Of a DNA stretch of 32,000 nucleotides, positions 8,110-18,300 are shown in pieces. Origin of the DNA: Falcatimonas sp. MSJ-15 (GTDB lineage: Bacteria > Bacillota > Clostridia > Lachnospirales > Lachnospiraceae); contig NZ_JAHLQC010000015.1 of assembly GCF_018918265.1 (NCBI RefSeq), positions 57,137 to 89,136 of the forward strand, given 5' to 3'. A model generated the notes under the pieces. That model did not search any database and was not told where the DNA came from. It saw nothing but the letters and a program-made list of their open reading frames with translations. Positions within the stretch are counted from its first letter, which is position 1, and every line of letters starts with the position of its first letter. The translations under genes and the position numbers were made by a program.

Positions 8110-9567
8110 ATGAGCGAGAGAAATTTAACATTATTAACAGATTTATATGAATTGACAATGATGCAGGGATATTTTAAGAATAAGACCAATGAGATGGTTG
8201 TATTCGATGCATTCTACAGAAAGAATCCATCAGGAGGTGGATATGCAATCGCATGTGGACTTGATCAGGTGATTGATTATATTAAGAATCTTCATTTTGA
8301 GAAGGAAGATATAGATTATCTTAGAAGTGTAGGTTTATTTGAAGAGGATTTCTTAGATTATCTTGCTAACTTTAGATTCTCAGGAGATATATATGCAATA
8401 CCTGAAGGAACAGTTGTATTTCCAAGAGAACCACTTGTTAAAGTTGTTGCACCTATAATGGAAGCACAGCTTGTAGAGACAGCTATTCTTAATATAATTA
8501 ATCATCAGAGCCTTATCGCTACTAAAGCTGCAAGAGTATGTTATGCAGCTAAGGGTGATGGAATTATGGAATTCGGACTTAGAAGAGCACAAGGACCTGA
8601 TGCAGGTGTTCTTGGTGCAAGAGCTGCTGTAATCGGCGGATGTATTGGAACAAGTTGTGTTCTTACAGGACAATTATACAATGTACCGGTTAAGGGAACA
8701 CATGCACATAGCTGGATAATGAGCTTCCCTGATGAATATACAGCATTCAAGAAGTATTCAGAACTTTATCCACAGGCATGTATACTTCTTGTAGATACAT
8801 ATGATACATTAAAATCAGGTGTGCCAAATGCTATCAAAGTATTCAAGGAGATGAGAGCAGCCGGAATACCACTTACATTCTATGGAATAAGACTTGACAG
8901 TGGTGACCTTGCATATCTCTCTAAGAAAGCAAGAAAGATGTTAGATGCAGAAGGATTCACAGATGCAGTTATATCAGCATCAAGTGATCTTGATGAATAT
9001 CTTATAGACAGCTTAAAATCACAGGGAGCAGCCATTACATCATGGGGTGTTGGAACTAATCTTATAACTTCTAAAGACTGTCCGGCTTTTGGTGGTGTAT
9101 ATAAGCTTGCAGCTGTTATGAACGAAGAGACTGGGGAATTTATTCCTAAGATAAAACTCTCAGAGAATACAGAGAAGATAACTAATCCTGGTAATAAGAC
9201 AGTATATCGTATATATGAGAAAGAATCAGGTAAGATAAAAGCAGATCTTATATCACTTGTTGATGATAAGTTTGATGAGACAAAAGACTTAAGGATATTC
9301 GATCCAATCGAGACATGGAAGAAGACAACATTAAAAGCAGGCGAATATACTATGAGAGAACTTCTTGTAAAAGTATTTGATAAAGGTGAGTGTGTATATG
9401 AATCACCTGCTGTAATGGATATAAGAGATTATTGTCTTAGAGAACAGGATACACTATGGGAAGAGACTAGAAGACTTGTCAATCCTCATGAAGTTTATGT
9501 CGATTTATCAGATAATTTATACAAAATTAAAAAAGCATTACTTGACACATTCGATTCTACAAAATAA
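8110..9567 (+). CDS. pncB: nicotinate phosphoribosyltransferase
   Basis: Typical PncB sequence along the full length (LLTDLYELTMMQGYF..., GTHAHSW, RLDSGDL). Strong RBS AAAGGAG. Confidence 0.95.
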   Translation: MSERNLTLLTDLYELTMMQGYFKNKTNEMVVFDAFYRKNPSGGGYAIACGLDQVIDYIKNLHFEKEDIDYLRSVGLFEEDFLDYLANFRFSGDIYAIPEGTVVFPREPLVKVVAPIMEAQLVETAILNIINHQSLIATKAARVCYAAKGDGIMEFGLRRAQGPDAGVLGARAAVIGGCIGTSCVLTGQLYNVPVKGTHAHSWIMSFPDEYTAFKKYSELYPQACILLVDTYDTLKSGVPNAIKVFKEMRAAGIPLTFYGIRLDSGDLAYLSKKARKMLDAEGFTDAVISASSDLDEYLIDSLKSQGAAITSWGVGTNLITSKDCPAFGGVYKLAAVMNEETGEFIPKIKLSENTEKITNPGNKTVYRIYEKESGKIKADLISLVDDKFDETKDLRIFDPIETWKKTTLKAGEYTMRELLVKVFDKGECVYESPAVMDIRDYCLREQDTLWEETRRLVNPHEVYVDLSDNLYKIKKALLDTFDSTK

Positions 9568-9570
9568 TAT

Positions 9571-9606
9571 AGTAGGTGGGCGTAATTGCCCACTTACTAT
9601 TTTTTT
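9571..9606 (+). terminator. intrinsic terminator after pncB
   Basis: AGTAGGTGGGC (9571-9581) pairs with GCCCACTTACT (9588-9598) and is followed by ATTTTTTT. Confidence 0.75.
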
Positions 9607-9626
9607 GTAGAAAAGGGAAAACAAAT

Positions 9627-10193
9627 ATGAACATGAATAATCTTTTAATTTTAATCAATCGTAACCATCCTGTAACAGAGGAGTACGCACCAGAAGATCT
9701 TGCAGTAGTTGATATTCCATCAGCTGATGAAGGAGAAGAGTTCGAACTTAGAATGGAAGCTAAGGAAGCGTTAGAGCGAATGGTAAACGATGCTAAGAAG
9801 GAAGGACTCTCAATCTGTGGTGTAGCAGGATATAGATCATTTGAGACACAGAAAGAGATATATACAGAATCAATAGTAAAACAGGGACTTACTCATACAA
9901 GAATGTATATAGCATTTCCGGGAACAAGTGAACATCAGACAGGACTTGCAGTTGATCTGTCAACACCAATATGTAATAATGAAGTAACACAGGATTTTAA
10001 GGATACAAAAGAATATGAGTGGCTTCTTAATAACTCATACAGATATGGATTCATATTAAGATATCCAGAAGGAAGCGAGAACATAACAGGATATGGTTAT
10101 GAATCATGGCATTTTAGATATGTAACAGTTGAACATGCAAAGAATATATACGATAAAAAAATGGTATTGGAAGAATACTGCCAGTTAGTGTAG
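9627..10193 (+). CDS. M15-family D-alanyl-D-alanine carboxypeptidase/dipeptidase (VanY/VanXY-like)
   Basis: Zn-peptidase motifs SEHQTGLAVD (SxHxxGxAxD) and ESWHFRY (ExxH). Start is ATG 9627 after AAGGGA. There is no signal peptide or TM segment from that start. Confidence 0.85.
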   Translation: MNMNNLLILINRNHPVTEEYAPEDLAVVDIPSADEGEEFELRMEAKEALERMVNDAKKEGLSICGVAGYRSFETQKEIYTESIVKQGLTHTRMYIAFPGTSEHQTGLAVDLSTPICNNEVTQDFKDTKEYEWLLNNSYRYGFILRYPEGSENITGYGYESWHFRYVTVEHAKNIYDKKMVLEEYCQLV

Positions 10194-10246
10194 AATATAG
10201 ATAACAGTTACATTAACTGATTATATGATGAAAGGCATGTGAGATA

Positions 10247-10981
10247 ATGATTAGACTGATATTAATAGCGATATTTTTACTGATATATATTATAATCAGC
10301 ATACCAATGTTTGCGATTGAATATCTGATAGGTAAGATTAACAAAAGAGCGAAAGACATAAGTTCGCTAAGATTCGTGCAGGGAGCATTTAAGTGTATTC
10401 TGTTTCTTGCAGGAGTGCGTACAACAGTAATAGGCAAAGAGAACATACCAAAAGATGAGCCGGTATTATATGTTGGCAATCACAGAAGTTATTTTGATAT
10501 AGTTATTGCTTATTCAATGTTGCCTGATATAACAGGCTTTGTGGCAAAAAAAGAGATTGGAAAAGTACCTCTTTTAAGAGTATGGATGAGATATCTGTAT
10601 TGTCTTTTCCTTGACAGAGAGAATATAAAAGAAGGACTTAAGACAATACTTCAGGGAATTGATTATATTAAGAATGATGGAATCTCGATATTCATATTCC
10701 CGGAAGGAACGAGAAATAAGGAAGAAGGAATACTTCCATTCAAGGAAGGCAGCTTAAAGTTCGCAGAGAAATCAGGATGTAAGATAATTCCTGTAGCTCA
10801 GAACAATACAAGAGATGTATTTGAAGCTCACTTTCCTTTTATAAAGTCAACTAAGACTGTTATAGAATTCGGAGAGCCAATAGATATAAAAGAATTGACA
10901 AAAGAAGAGAAGAAATTCCTTGGTGCATATACAAGAGATAAGATACTTGCGATGTATGAGAAGAATAAGGAAGTTAAGTAA
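10247..10981 (+). CDS. plsC: 1-acyl-sn-glycerol-3-phosphate acyltransferase
   Basis: N-terminal TM segment, HX4D motif (GNHRSYFDI) and FPEGTR motif. Confidence 0.9.
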   Translation: MIRLILIAIFLLIYIIISIPMFAIEYLIGKINKRAKDISSLRFVQGAFKCILFLAGVRTTVIGKENIPKDEPVLYVGNHRSYFDIVIAYSMLPDITGFVAKKEIGKVPLLRVWMRYLYCLFLDRENIKEGLKTILQGIDYIKNDGISIFIFPEGTRNKEEGILPFKEGSLKFAEKSGCKIIPVAQNNTRDVFEAHFPFIKSTKTVIEFGEPIDIKELTKEEKKFLGAYTRDKILAMYEKNKEVK

Positions 10982-10992
10982 AATATTGTAAG

Positions 10993-11040
10993 AAGGCATT
11001 TATTGACTATGATTATGTTAATAAATGCCTTTCTATTTTT
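10993..11040. terminator. intrinsic terminator between convergent plsC and cls
   Basis: 12-bp stem: AAGGCATTTATT (10993-11004) pairs with AATAAATGCCTT (11020-11031). It is followed by TCTATTTTT. Confidence 0.7.
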
Positions 11041-11175
11041 GAAAATTATTGTATGGACACTTTTACTTTGTAAATCATATATAGTGACACCATATTCTCC
11101 ATGATATTTATTAACTGGTGAAGAACTCCCGGTGAGTCGTTTAAAGTATTTAAATATTGCCACAATGTTCTAGTC

Positions 11176-12645
11176 TTACAATACAGGTGTAAGAAGTCTT
11201 GAGATCTGTTCTTTAAATTTGATTAGAAGTGAACGTTTGGCATATGCACTTTGTGTTATCTCTGTACAATGTTCACTTAAGTCTGTTAAGAATATCTCTT
11301 CAAGATGTGAAGTTACTTTTGCATCGTATATTACAGCGTTGACTTCAAAGTTTAATTTGAAACTTCTACAGTCCATGTTGGCACTTCCATAACTGCTTAC
11401 AAGACCATCAATCATTATGCCTTTTGCATGAAGAAATCCATTGTCGTAAGTATAACATCTTACACCTGACTCAAGCATCTCTCCTATGAATGAATATGTT
11501 GCCCAATAGACGAAAGGATGGTCTGGTTTACATGGAATCATAATTCGTACATCAACGCCTGATTCCGCTACTATTTTTATCGTATCAAGAAAAGTATCGT
11601 CAGGTACGAAGTAAGGTGTCTGGATATAGATACTTTTGTTGGCTTTACTAAGAAGTCGTAAATAGTTATCTCTTATAAGTGCTTTTGAAGAGTCTGGTCC
11701 GCTGCTTATAATCTGCATTGGAACATGACCATTAGAAGCATCAACTTCAAAGTATTTTTCATCAATGAGAAGATTCTCTCTTGTCGCATAATTCCAATCA
11801 AGTGCAAATCGTGACTGAAGTTCTCTTGAAGCATTACCTCTTATTCTAAGGTGGGTATCTCTCCAATATCCGAATTTGGGATCAAGTCCGATATATTCAC
11901 TGCCTACATTGAAACCGCCTACATAAGAATATTTACCATCAATAATTACAATCTTACGGTGATTACGATAATTAATTCGAAGCTGGAATTTACCAAGGAA
12001 TGCAGGGAAGAATACTCCTACTTTGATTCCATAGGATTTTATCTTCTTTATATATCTCTTGTTCATGAATCTTCCACCCATGGCATCGACAAGTACTCGC
12101 ACTTCGACACCTTCAGCAGCTTTTTTTCTAAGAGCTTCAAGGATTCTGTCAAAAGGTTCTCCGGGTTTTATTATATAATATTGAATGTGAATATATTTTT
12201 TTGCATTATTAATATCAGTAAGTAACTGTTCGAATTTTTTATTGCCATCAGTATAGATGTCAACTTCATTGTTATCAGAGTAGAAACCGCCATATTTTAC
12301 ATTATGAAGAACAAGATCTCTAAAGTCATTAAGGTGTTCATCCTGAAAACTGAAGTTATGATGTTCGATGGTATCAGTCTGTGTCTTAATTGCAAGGTTT
12401 ACTTCGTCTTCTATTCCTTTTACTCTGAACATATGACTTTTATGCATATCCTGACCGATTAACAGATAGAGGAAGAAACCTACTATTGGAATACAGTTAA
12501 GGACTAAAAGCCATGCCCAGACAGTGTTTGGATCACGGCGTTGAAAGAATACAATTATTATAGAAAGAATAATATTAATCCAGAGAATATTATTCATAAC
12601 CCATGTGTTGGCAGCTACAATGCCATGCCATATATTACTAACCAT
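11176..12645 (-). CDS. cls: cardiolipin synthase
   Basis: Two N-terminal TM helices and two PLD HKD motifs (NHRKIVIIDG and LHAKGIMIDG). RBS GGGAGG. Confidence 0.95.
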   Translation of the reverse strand: MVSNIWHGIVAANTWVMNNILWINIILSIIIVFFQRRDPNTVWAWLLVLNCIPIVGFFLYLLIGQDMHKSHMFRVKGIEDEVNLAIKTQTDTIEHHNFSFQDEHLNDFRDLVLHNVKYGGFYSDNNEVDIYTDGNKKFEQLLTDINNAKKYIHIQYYIIKPGEPFDRILEALRKKAAEGVEVRVLVDAMGGRFMNKRYIKKIKSYGIKVGVFFPAFLGKFQLRINYRNHRKIVIIDGKYSYVGGFNVGSEYIGLDPKFGYWRDTHLRIRGNASRELQSRFALDWNYATRENLLIDEKYFEVDASNGHVPMQIISSGPDSSKALIRDNYLRLLSKANKSIYIQTPYFVPDDTFLDTIKIVAESGVDVRIMIPCKPDHPFVYWATYSFIGEMLESGVRCYTYDNGFLHAKGIMIDGLVSSYGSANMDCRSFKLNFEVNAVIYDAKVTSHLEEIFLTDLSEHCTEITQSAYAKRSLLIKFKEQISRLLTPVL

Positions 12646-12809
12646 ATGCTACCTCCCGTTAATGTATTAAGAATGTATATATTACACGAATATCTACATA
12701 TTGATAATCGGTAATTTAACATAATCTTGGTACAATGTCAAATGAACAATTTTGATAATATATTATATGGTAGTATATTGTATAATACATTGTTTTATTT
12801 TTTAGTTGG

Positions 12810-12838
12810 TTTACAATTATAAGATAATGATATATAAT
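12810..12838 (+). promoter_or_regulatory. candidate sigma-A promoter for the MetRS-like gene
   Basis: TTTACA (12810-12815), 17-nt spacer, TATAAT (12833-12838). Confidence 0.5.
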
Positions 12839-12865
12839 GTGCGTATGCAAAGAATATAGGATGGT

Positions 12866-12901
12866 ATAGCCAAAGATATATAAAATTGTATCTTTGGCTA
12901 T
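12866..12901 (+). promoter_or_regulatory. 13-bp perfect hairpin in the leader of the MetRS-like gene
   Basis: ATAGCCAAAGATA (12866-12878) pairs with TATCTTTGGCTAT (12889-12901) around a 10-nt loop. No U-tract follows, so it is not a terminator. Confidence 0.6.
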
Positions 12902-12941
12902 AACTGTTGAGAGAATTCAAAAAGGAATGAGGATATATTAT

Positions 12942-14936
12942 ATGTATAATAAGAAGTTAGGCAGAGATGAGAGACCTGTATTCCCAAAACGTGCGGTTGT
13001 TACAGGCGGTATGCCATACGGTAATAAGAATCTGCATTTTGGACATGTTGGAGGTATGTTTATTCATGCTGATATTTTTGCAAGATTCTTAAGAGACAGA
13101 ATTGGCAAGGATAATGTAATATTTGTATCAGGAACTGACTGTTATGGTTCACCGATTCTTGAGAGTTATAGAAAGCTTAAAGAATCAGGCTATGAAGGTA
13201 CAATGGAAGATTATGTAACTACTAATCATCTTAATCAGAAGAAGACACTTGAAGGTTACAAGATATCACCTAATCTCTTTGGAGCATCTGCACTTGGTAA
13301 GTCAGGCAAGATGCATAATGAGACATCTGAATGGGTATTTAATACACTTTATGATAATGGATATATAACAGAGATGTCAGATTACCAATTTTTTGATGAA
13401 GAGAAGCAGACTTTCTTAAATGGACGTCAGGTAATTGGTAAGTGTCCTATTGATGGATGTTGTTCAGATAAGGCATACGCAGATGAATGTGCACTTGGAC
13501 ATCAATATATGCCATCGGAATTAATTGATCCTATAAGTGCGCTTTCAGGTAAGAAGCCGGTTCTTAAAAAAGTAACTAATTGGTATTTCTGCCTTGATGA
13601 ATGTATGGATATGATGAAGGAACGTAATGACTTCCTTATGAAGAATTCTAATACAAGAAAATATGAACTTCAGACAATTGATGAATTCCTTAAGAAACCG
13701 GTTCTTTATGTTCAGAGAAAATATATAGAAGATATGGCAGCAGTTGAAGAAGCACTTCCTGCACATGAGACAATTGATGAAGAGAAGAAAGCGTCTGTAA
13801 CATTCGTATTTGAAAAGCTTGCGTTAAGAGATGAAGCAAAAGCAGCTCTTGATAAGATGAATATAAGATATAGATCAGGTAAGACTTTAGTTCCATTCAG
13901 ACTTTCAGGTAATATTGAATGGGGTGTTCCTGTTCCTGACAAGGCAGATCTTAAGGATCTTACATTCTGGGTATGGCCAGAATCACTTTGGGCACCAATA
14001 TCTTTTACAAAAACATATCTTGAAGAGATTGGACATGATAAGGAAGAATGGAGAGATTACTGGCAGTCAGATGACGCCTGTGTATATCAGTTTATAGGTG
14101 AAGATAACATCTACTTCTATGCAATAGCAGAGATGGCGATGTTCGCTGGTTTCTTAGCTAAGAAAGGCGAGAAGATTGATATGACAACAATTAATCTTCC
14201 ACATATTGTAGCTAACCGTCACGTCCTTTTTATGGATAAAAAAGCAAGCTCAAGTTCAGATATTAAGCCACCTATGGCTGATGAACTACTTGAATATTAT
14301 ACAGCAGACCAGTTAAGAATGCATTTTATGAGTCTTGGACTTTCACAGAAGAGTGCAAGCTTCAAACCACAGATATTCTTATCTGATGAAGAAAAAGAGA
14401 AGCAGGGAGTTGATCCTGTACTTAAAGATGGTAATCTTTTAACCAATGTATTTAACAGACTTATACGTTCATGCTTCTATACTATGCAGGAGATGGGCGG
14501 AATGCCTGAACTTACAGTAAGTGATAAGATTAAGGAACTTACTGAGACTAAGGTATTTGAATACGAGCGTCACATGTATAATCAGGATCTTCACAGAATA
14601 TCTTATGTTCTTGATGAATACATTCGTGAGATTAATAAGTATTGGGCTAATAATATAAGAGTTGCAGAAAAAGAGAATAATACTGAACTTAAAGCACAGG
14701 TATTATATGACTGCTTTTATGCATGTAAAGTTATGTCAATTCTTGTACATCCAATTGCACCTGATGGATGTGAGATGTTTAGAGAGTATCTTAATGTTGG
14801 TGAAGAACTATGGAACTGGGATTACATATTTGAACCTATTTCATTCTATACAGATAAGGTTGCTAATCATGAATTCAAGTTCTTAGAGCCTAAGATTGAC
14901 TTCTTTAAGAAGCTTGAACATCAATATGCCAAATAG
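12942..14936 (+). CDS. methionyl-tRNA-synthetase-like class I aminoacyl-tRNA ligase, divergent
   Basis: HIGH motif HFGH, a MetRS-type knuckle (GKCPIDGCCSDKAYADECALGH...PSELIDPISALSGKKP), WVWPESLWAPISF, and the anticodon-domain motif GNLLTNVFNR. The KMSKS position reads KASSS. Start is ATG 12942 after GAGGA. The TTG at 12894 in the track lies inside the leader hairpin. Confidence 0.8.
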   Translation: MYNKKLGRDERPVFPKRAVVTGGMPYGNKNLHFGHVGGMFIHADIFARFLRDRIGKDNVIFVSGTDCYGSPILESYRKLKESGYEGTMEDYVTTNHLNQKKTLEGYKISPNLFGASALGKSGKMHNETSEWVFNTLYDNGYITEMSDYQFFDEEKQTFLNGRQVIGKCPIDGCCSDKAYADECALGHQYMPSELIDPISALSGKKPVLKKVTNWYFCLDECMDMMKERNDFLMKNSNTRKYELQTIDEFLKKPVLYVQRKYIEDMAAVEEALPAHETIDEEKKASVTFVFEKLALRDEAKAALDKMNIRYRSGKTLVPFRLSGNIEWGVPVPDKADLKDLTFWVWPESLWAPISFTKTYLEEIGHDKEEWRDYWQSDDACVYQFIGEDNIYFYAIAEMAMFAGFLAKKGEKIDMTTINLPHIVANRHVLFMDKKASSSSDIKPPMADELLEYYTADQLRMHFMSLGLSQKSASFKPQIFLSDEEKEKQGVDPVLKDGNLLTNVFNRLIRSCFYTMQEMGGMPELTVSDKIKELTETKVFEYERHMYNQDLHRISYVLDEYIREINKYWANNIRVAEKENNTELKAQVLYDCFYACKVMSILVHPIAPDGCEMFREYLNVGEELWNWDYIFEPISFYTDKVANHEFKFLEPKIDFFKKLEHQYAK

Positions 14937-14968
14937 ACGATTTAAAAATATACGTTTAAAAAATGACA

Positions 14969-14997
14969 TTGACAATATTTTTTATGTGAGCTACAAT
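14969..14997 (+). promoter_or_regulatory. sigma-A promoter for the ileS T-box leader
   Basis: TTGACA (14969-14974), 17-nt spacer, TACAAT (14992-14997). Confidence 0.6.
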
Positions 14998-15024
14998 CTA
15001 TTGTAGTTAATAGAATAATCTAAT

Positions 15025-15297
15025 AAAGACTATGACGGAGACAGTAATCTGTTTGGAAAGTTACAGAGAGCCGCTGTAAGCTGGAAGGCGGTACAAGTAA
15101 GGACAGACGAATATCACTCTTAAGTCGCAGCTTCGAACACACATGTAAGTAGTAGCTGACGAATTCCCCTCGTTATGTGGGACGCATATGATAGTATGTT
15201 GTAAGAATATTAATAGTAATGTTATAATTACATAATGTTATGAATATTGAAATATTTGGGCTTCTATTGTTTGCGTAAGACAGTAGAAGCCTTTTTT
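15025..15297 (+). promoter_or_regulatory. T-box leader (Ile specifier) with terminator, upstream of ileS
   Basis: Stem I features: GA/K-turn-like TATGACGGAGACAGTA, AG-bay AGAGAG (15065-15070), and the distal helix CCGC..GCGG with a GCTGGAA loop. The candidate specifier is AUC (15113-15115) followed by A. A possible degenerate T-box sequence is TGTGGGACGC (15175-15184). The terminator is GGCTTCTATTG (15259-15269) paired with CAGTAGAAGCC (15281-15291) plus TTTTTT. Confidence 0.65.
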
Positions 15298-15325
15298 AGT
15301 TAATTATTATAAGGAGGAAATTTTT

Positions 15326-18300
15326 GTGTATAAGAAAGTTAACAGTGACCTTAATTTCGTAGACAGAGAGAAAAAGGTAGAACAATTCTGGAAAGACAAT
15401 AATATTTTTGAAAAGAGTATTGAAAATCGTAAGGAAGGACCAACATATGTATTCTATGATGGACCACCTACAGCTAATGGAAAGCCTCATATCGGACATG
15501 TATTAACACGAGTAATCAAAGATATGATTCCAAGATATAGAACAATGAAAGGTTATATGGTTCCTCGTAAAGCAGGATGGGATACACATGGACTTCCTGT
15601 TGAGATTGAAGTAGAGAAGAAACTTGGTCTTGATGGTAAAGATCAGATTGAAGAATATGGACTTGAACCATTCATCAAGAATTGTAAAGAAAGTGTATGG
15701 AAGTACAAAGGAATGTGGGAAGATTTCTCTGGAACAGTTGGTTTCTGGGCAGATATGGAACATCCTTATATAACATACGATAATAACTTCATTGAGTCAG
15801 AATGGTGGGCACTTAAAGAGATATGGAACAAAGGTCTTTTATACAAAGGATTCAAGATAGTTCCTTATTGTCCTCGTTGTGGTACACCACTTTCAGCACA
15901 GGAAGTTGCACAGGGATATAAGACAGTTAAAGAGCGTTCAGCAGTAGTTCGTTTTAAAGTTGTAGGTGAAGACGCATACTTCCTTGCATGGACAACAACA
16001 CCTTGGACACTTCCAAGTAACGTTGCACTTTGTGTTAACCCTGATGATACTTATGTAAAAGTAAAAGCAAAAGATGGATATACTTATTATATGGCAGAAG
16101 AACTTCTTGACAAAGTTTTAGGAAAACTTGCAGAAGAAGGCGAAAAAGCATATGAAGTATTAGAGACATATAAGGGTAAAGATCTTGAATATAAAGAATA
16201 TGAGCCATTATTTGAATGTGCAGGCGAAGCTGCGAAAAAACAGAATAAAAAAGCTCATTTCGTAACATGTGACGGATACGTTACAATGTCAGATGGTACT
16301 GGTATCGTTCATATCGCTCCTGCTTTTGGTGAAGATGATTCACGAGTTGGTAAGAATTATGATCTTCCATTCGTACAGTTTGTTGATGGTAAAGGTGAAC
16401 TTACTAAAGAGACACCTTATGCAGGCGTATTTGTTAAAAAAGCAGATCCACTTGTACTTAAAGATCTTGATGCAGAAGGTAAGTTATTCGATGCACCTAA
16501 ATTTGAACATGAATATCCACATTGTTGGAGATGTGATACACCTCTTATCTACTATGCAAGAGAATCATGGTACATCCGTGAGACAGCAGTTAAGGAAGAT
16601 TTAATCCGTAACAATAATACAGTTAACTGGATTCCTGAATCAATTGGTAAAGGCCGTTTTGGTAACTGGCTTGAGAATATTCAGGACTGGGCAATCTCAA
16701 GAAACCGTTACTGGGGTACTCCACTTAACATCTGGGAATGTGAAGGCTGTGGACATCAGGAATGTATCGGAAGTCGTGCAGAACTTGAAGAGAAGAGTAA
16801 TAACAAGGAAGCTTTAACAGTAGAACTTCATAGACCATATATTGATGAGATTACATGCAAGTGTCCAGAATGTGGTAAGACAATGAGAAGAGTTCCTGAA
16901 GTTCTTGACTGCTGGTTCGATTCAGGTGCAATGCCATTTGCACAGCATCATTATCCTTTTGAGAACAAAGAAGTATTTGAAAAACAGTTCCCGGCACAGT
17001 TTATCTCAGAAGCAGTTGACCAGACTCGTGGATGGTTCCATTCATTACTTGCAGAATCAACACTTCTGTTTAACAAAGCTCCTTATGAGAATGTAATCGT
17101 ACTTGGACATGTTCAGGATGAGAATGGACAGAAGATGTCTAAGTCAAAAGGTAATGCAGTAGATCCTTTTGATGCATTAAAAGAACATGGTGCAGATGCA
17201 ATTAGATGGTATTTCTATGAGAATAGTGCTCCATGGCTTCCTAACAGATTCCATGACAAAGCTGTAAAAGAAGGACAGCGTAAATTTATGGGAACAATTT
17301 GGAATACTTATGCATTTTATGTTCTATATGCTAATATAGATGAATTTGATCCTACTAAATACGAACTTGATTATGATAAACTTCCAGTAATGGATAAATG
17401 GATTCTTTCTAAATTGAATACTCTTGTAAAAACTGTAGATAATAATCTTGCTAACTATAAGATTACAGAGACAGCAAGAGTACTTGAAGATTTTGTTGAT
17501 GAACTCAGTAACTGGTATGTAAGAAGAAGCCGTGAACGTTTCTGGGCAAAAGGAATGGAACAGGATAAGATTAATGCTTATATGACACTTTATACAACAC
17601 TTGTTACATTATGTAAGACAGCAGCTCCTATGATTCCATTTATGACAGAAGACATCTATCAGAATCTTGTAAGAAGTGTAGACAAAGATGCACCAGAGAG
17701 TATTCATCTGTGTGATTTCCCTGTAGCTAATGAAGCATGGATTGATACAGAACTTGAAGATTGCATGGAAAAAGTACTAAAAGTAGTAGTTATGGGTCGT
17801 GCATGTCGTAATGGTGCTAATATCAAGAACAGACAGCCAATCGGAACTATGTATATCAAAGCTCCTTGGGAACTTGATGAATTCTACAAAGAGATTATTG
17901 AAGATGAATTAAATGTAAAAGAAGTTGTATTCACAGATGATGTAAGAAACTTCACATCATACAGCTTCAAACCACAGCTTAAGACAGTTGGACCTAAGTT
18001 TGGTAAACAGCTTAATCAGATTCGTACAGCACTTACAGAACTTAATGGTAATGAAGCAATGGATGAGATTAATGCAACAGGTGAACTTAAGTTAAGACTT
18101 GGTGAAGAAGAGATTGTTCTTCTTAAAGAAGATCTTTTAATAGATATGGCTCAGATGGAAGGCTATGTATCAGAAGGTGATAACGAAGTTACAGTTGTTC
18201 TTGATACTAATCTTACAGAAGAACTTATCGAAGAAGGATTCGTAAGAGAACTTATAAGTAAAATACAGACAATGCGAAAAGAAGCAGATTTTGAAGTAAT

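Noticed and set aside
10828-11163. 111-aa minus-strand ORF in the plsC/cls convergent gap.
   Set aside because: It overlaps the plsC 3' end and the terminator hairpin. It has no RBS and an implausible composition.
12646-12941. Searched for a T-box, S-box or other riboswitch upstream of the MetRS-like gene.
   Set aside because: I found no AGAGA bay, specifier-loop architecture, T-box sequence or terminator. Only a promoter and a single hairpin are visible.
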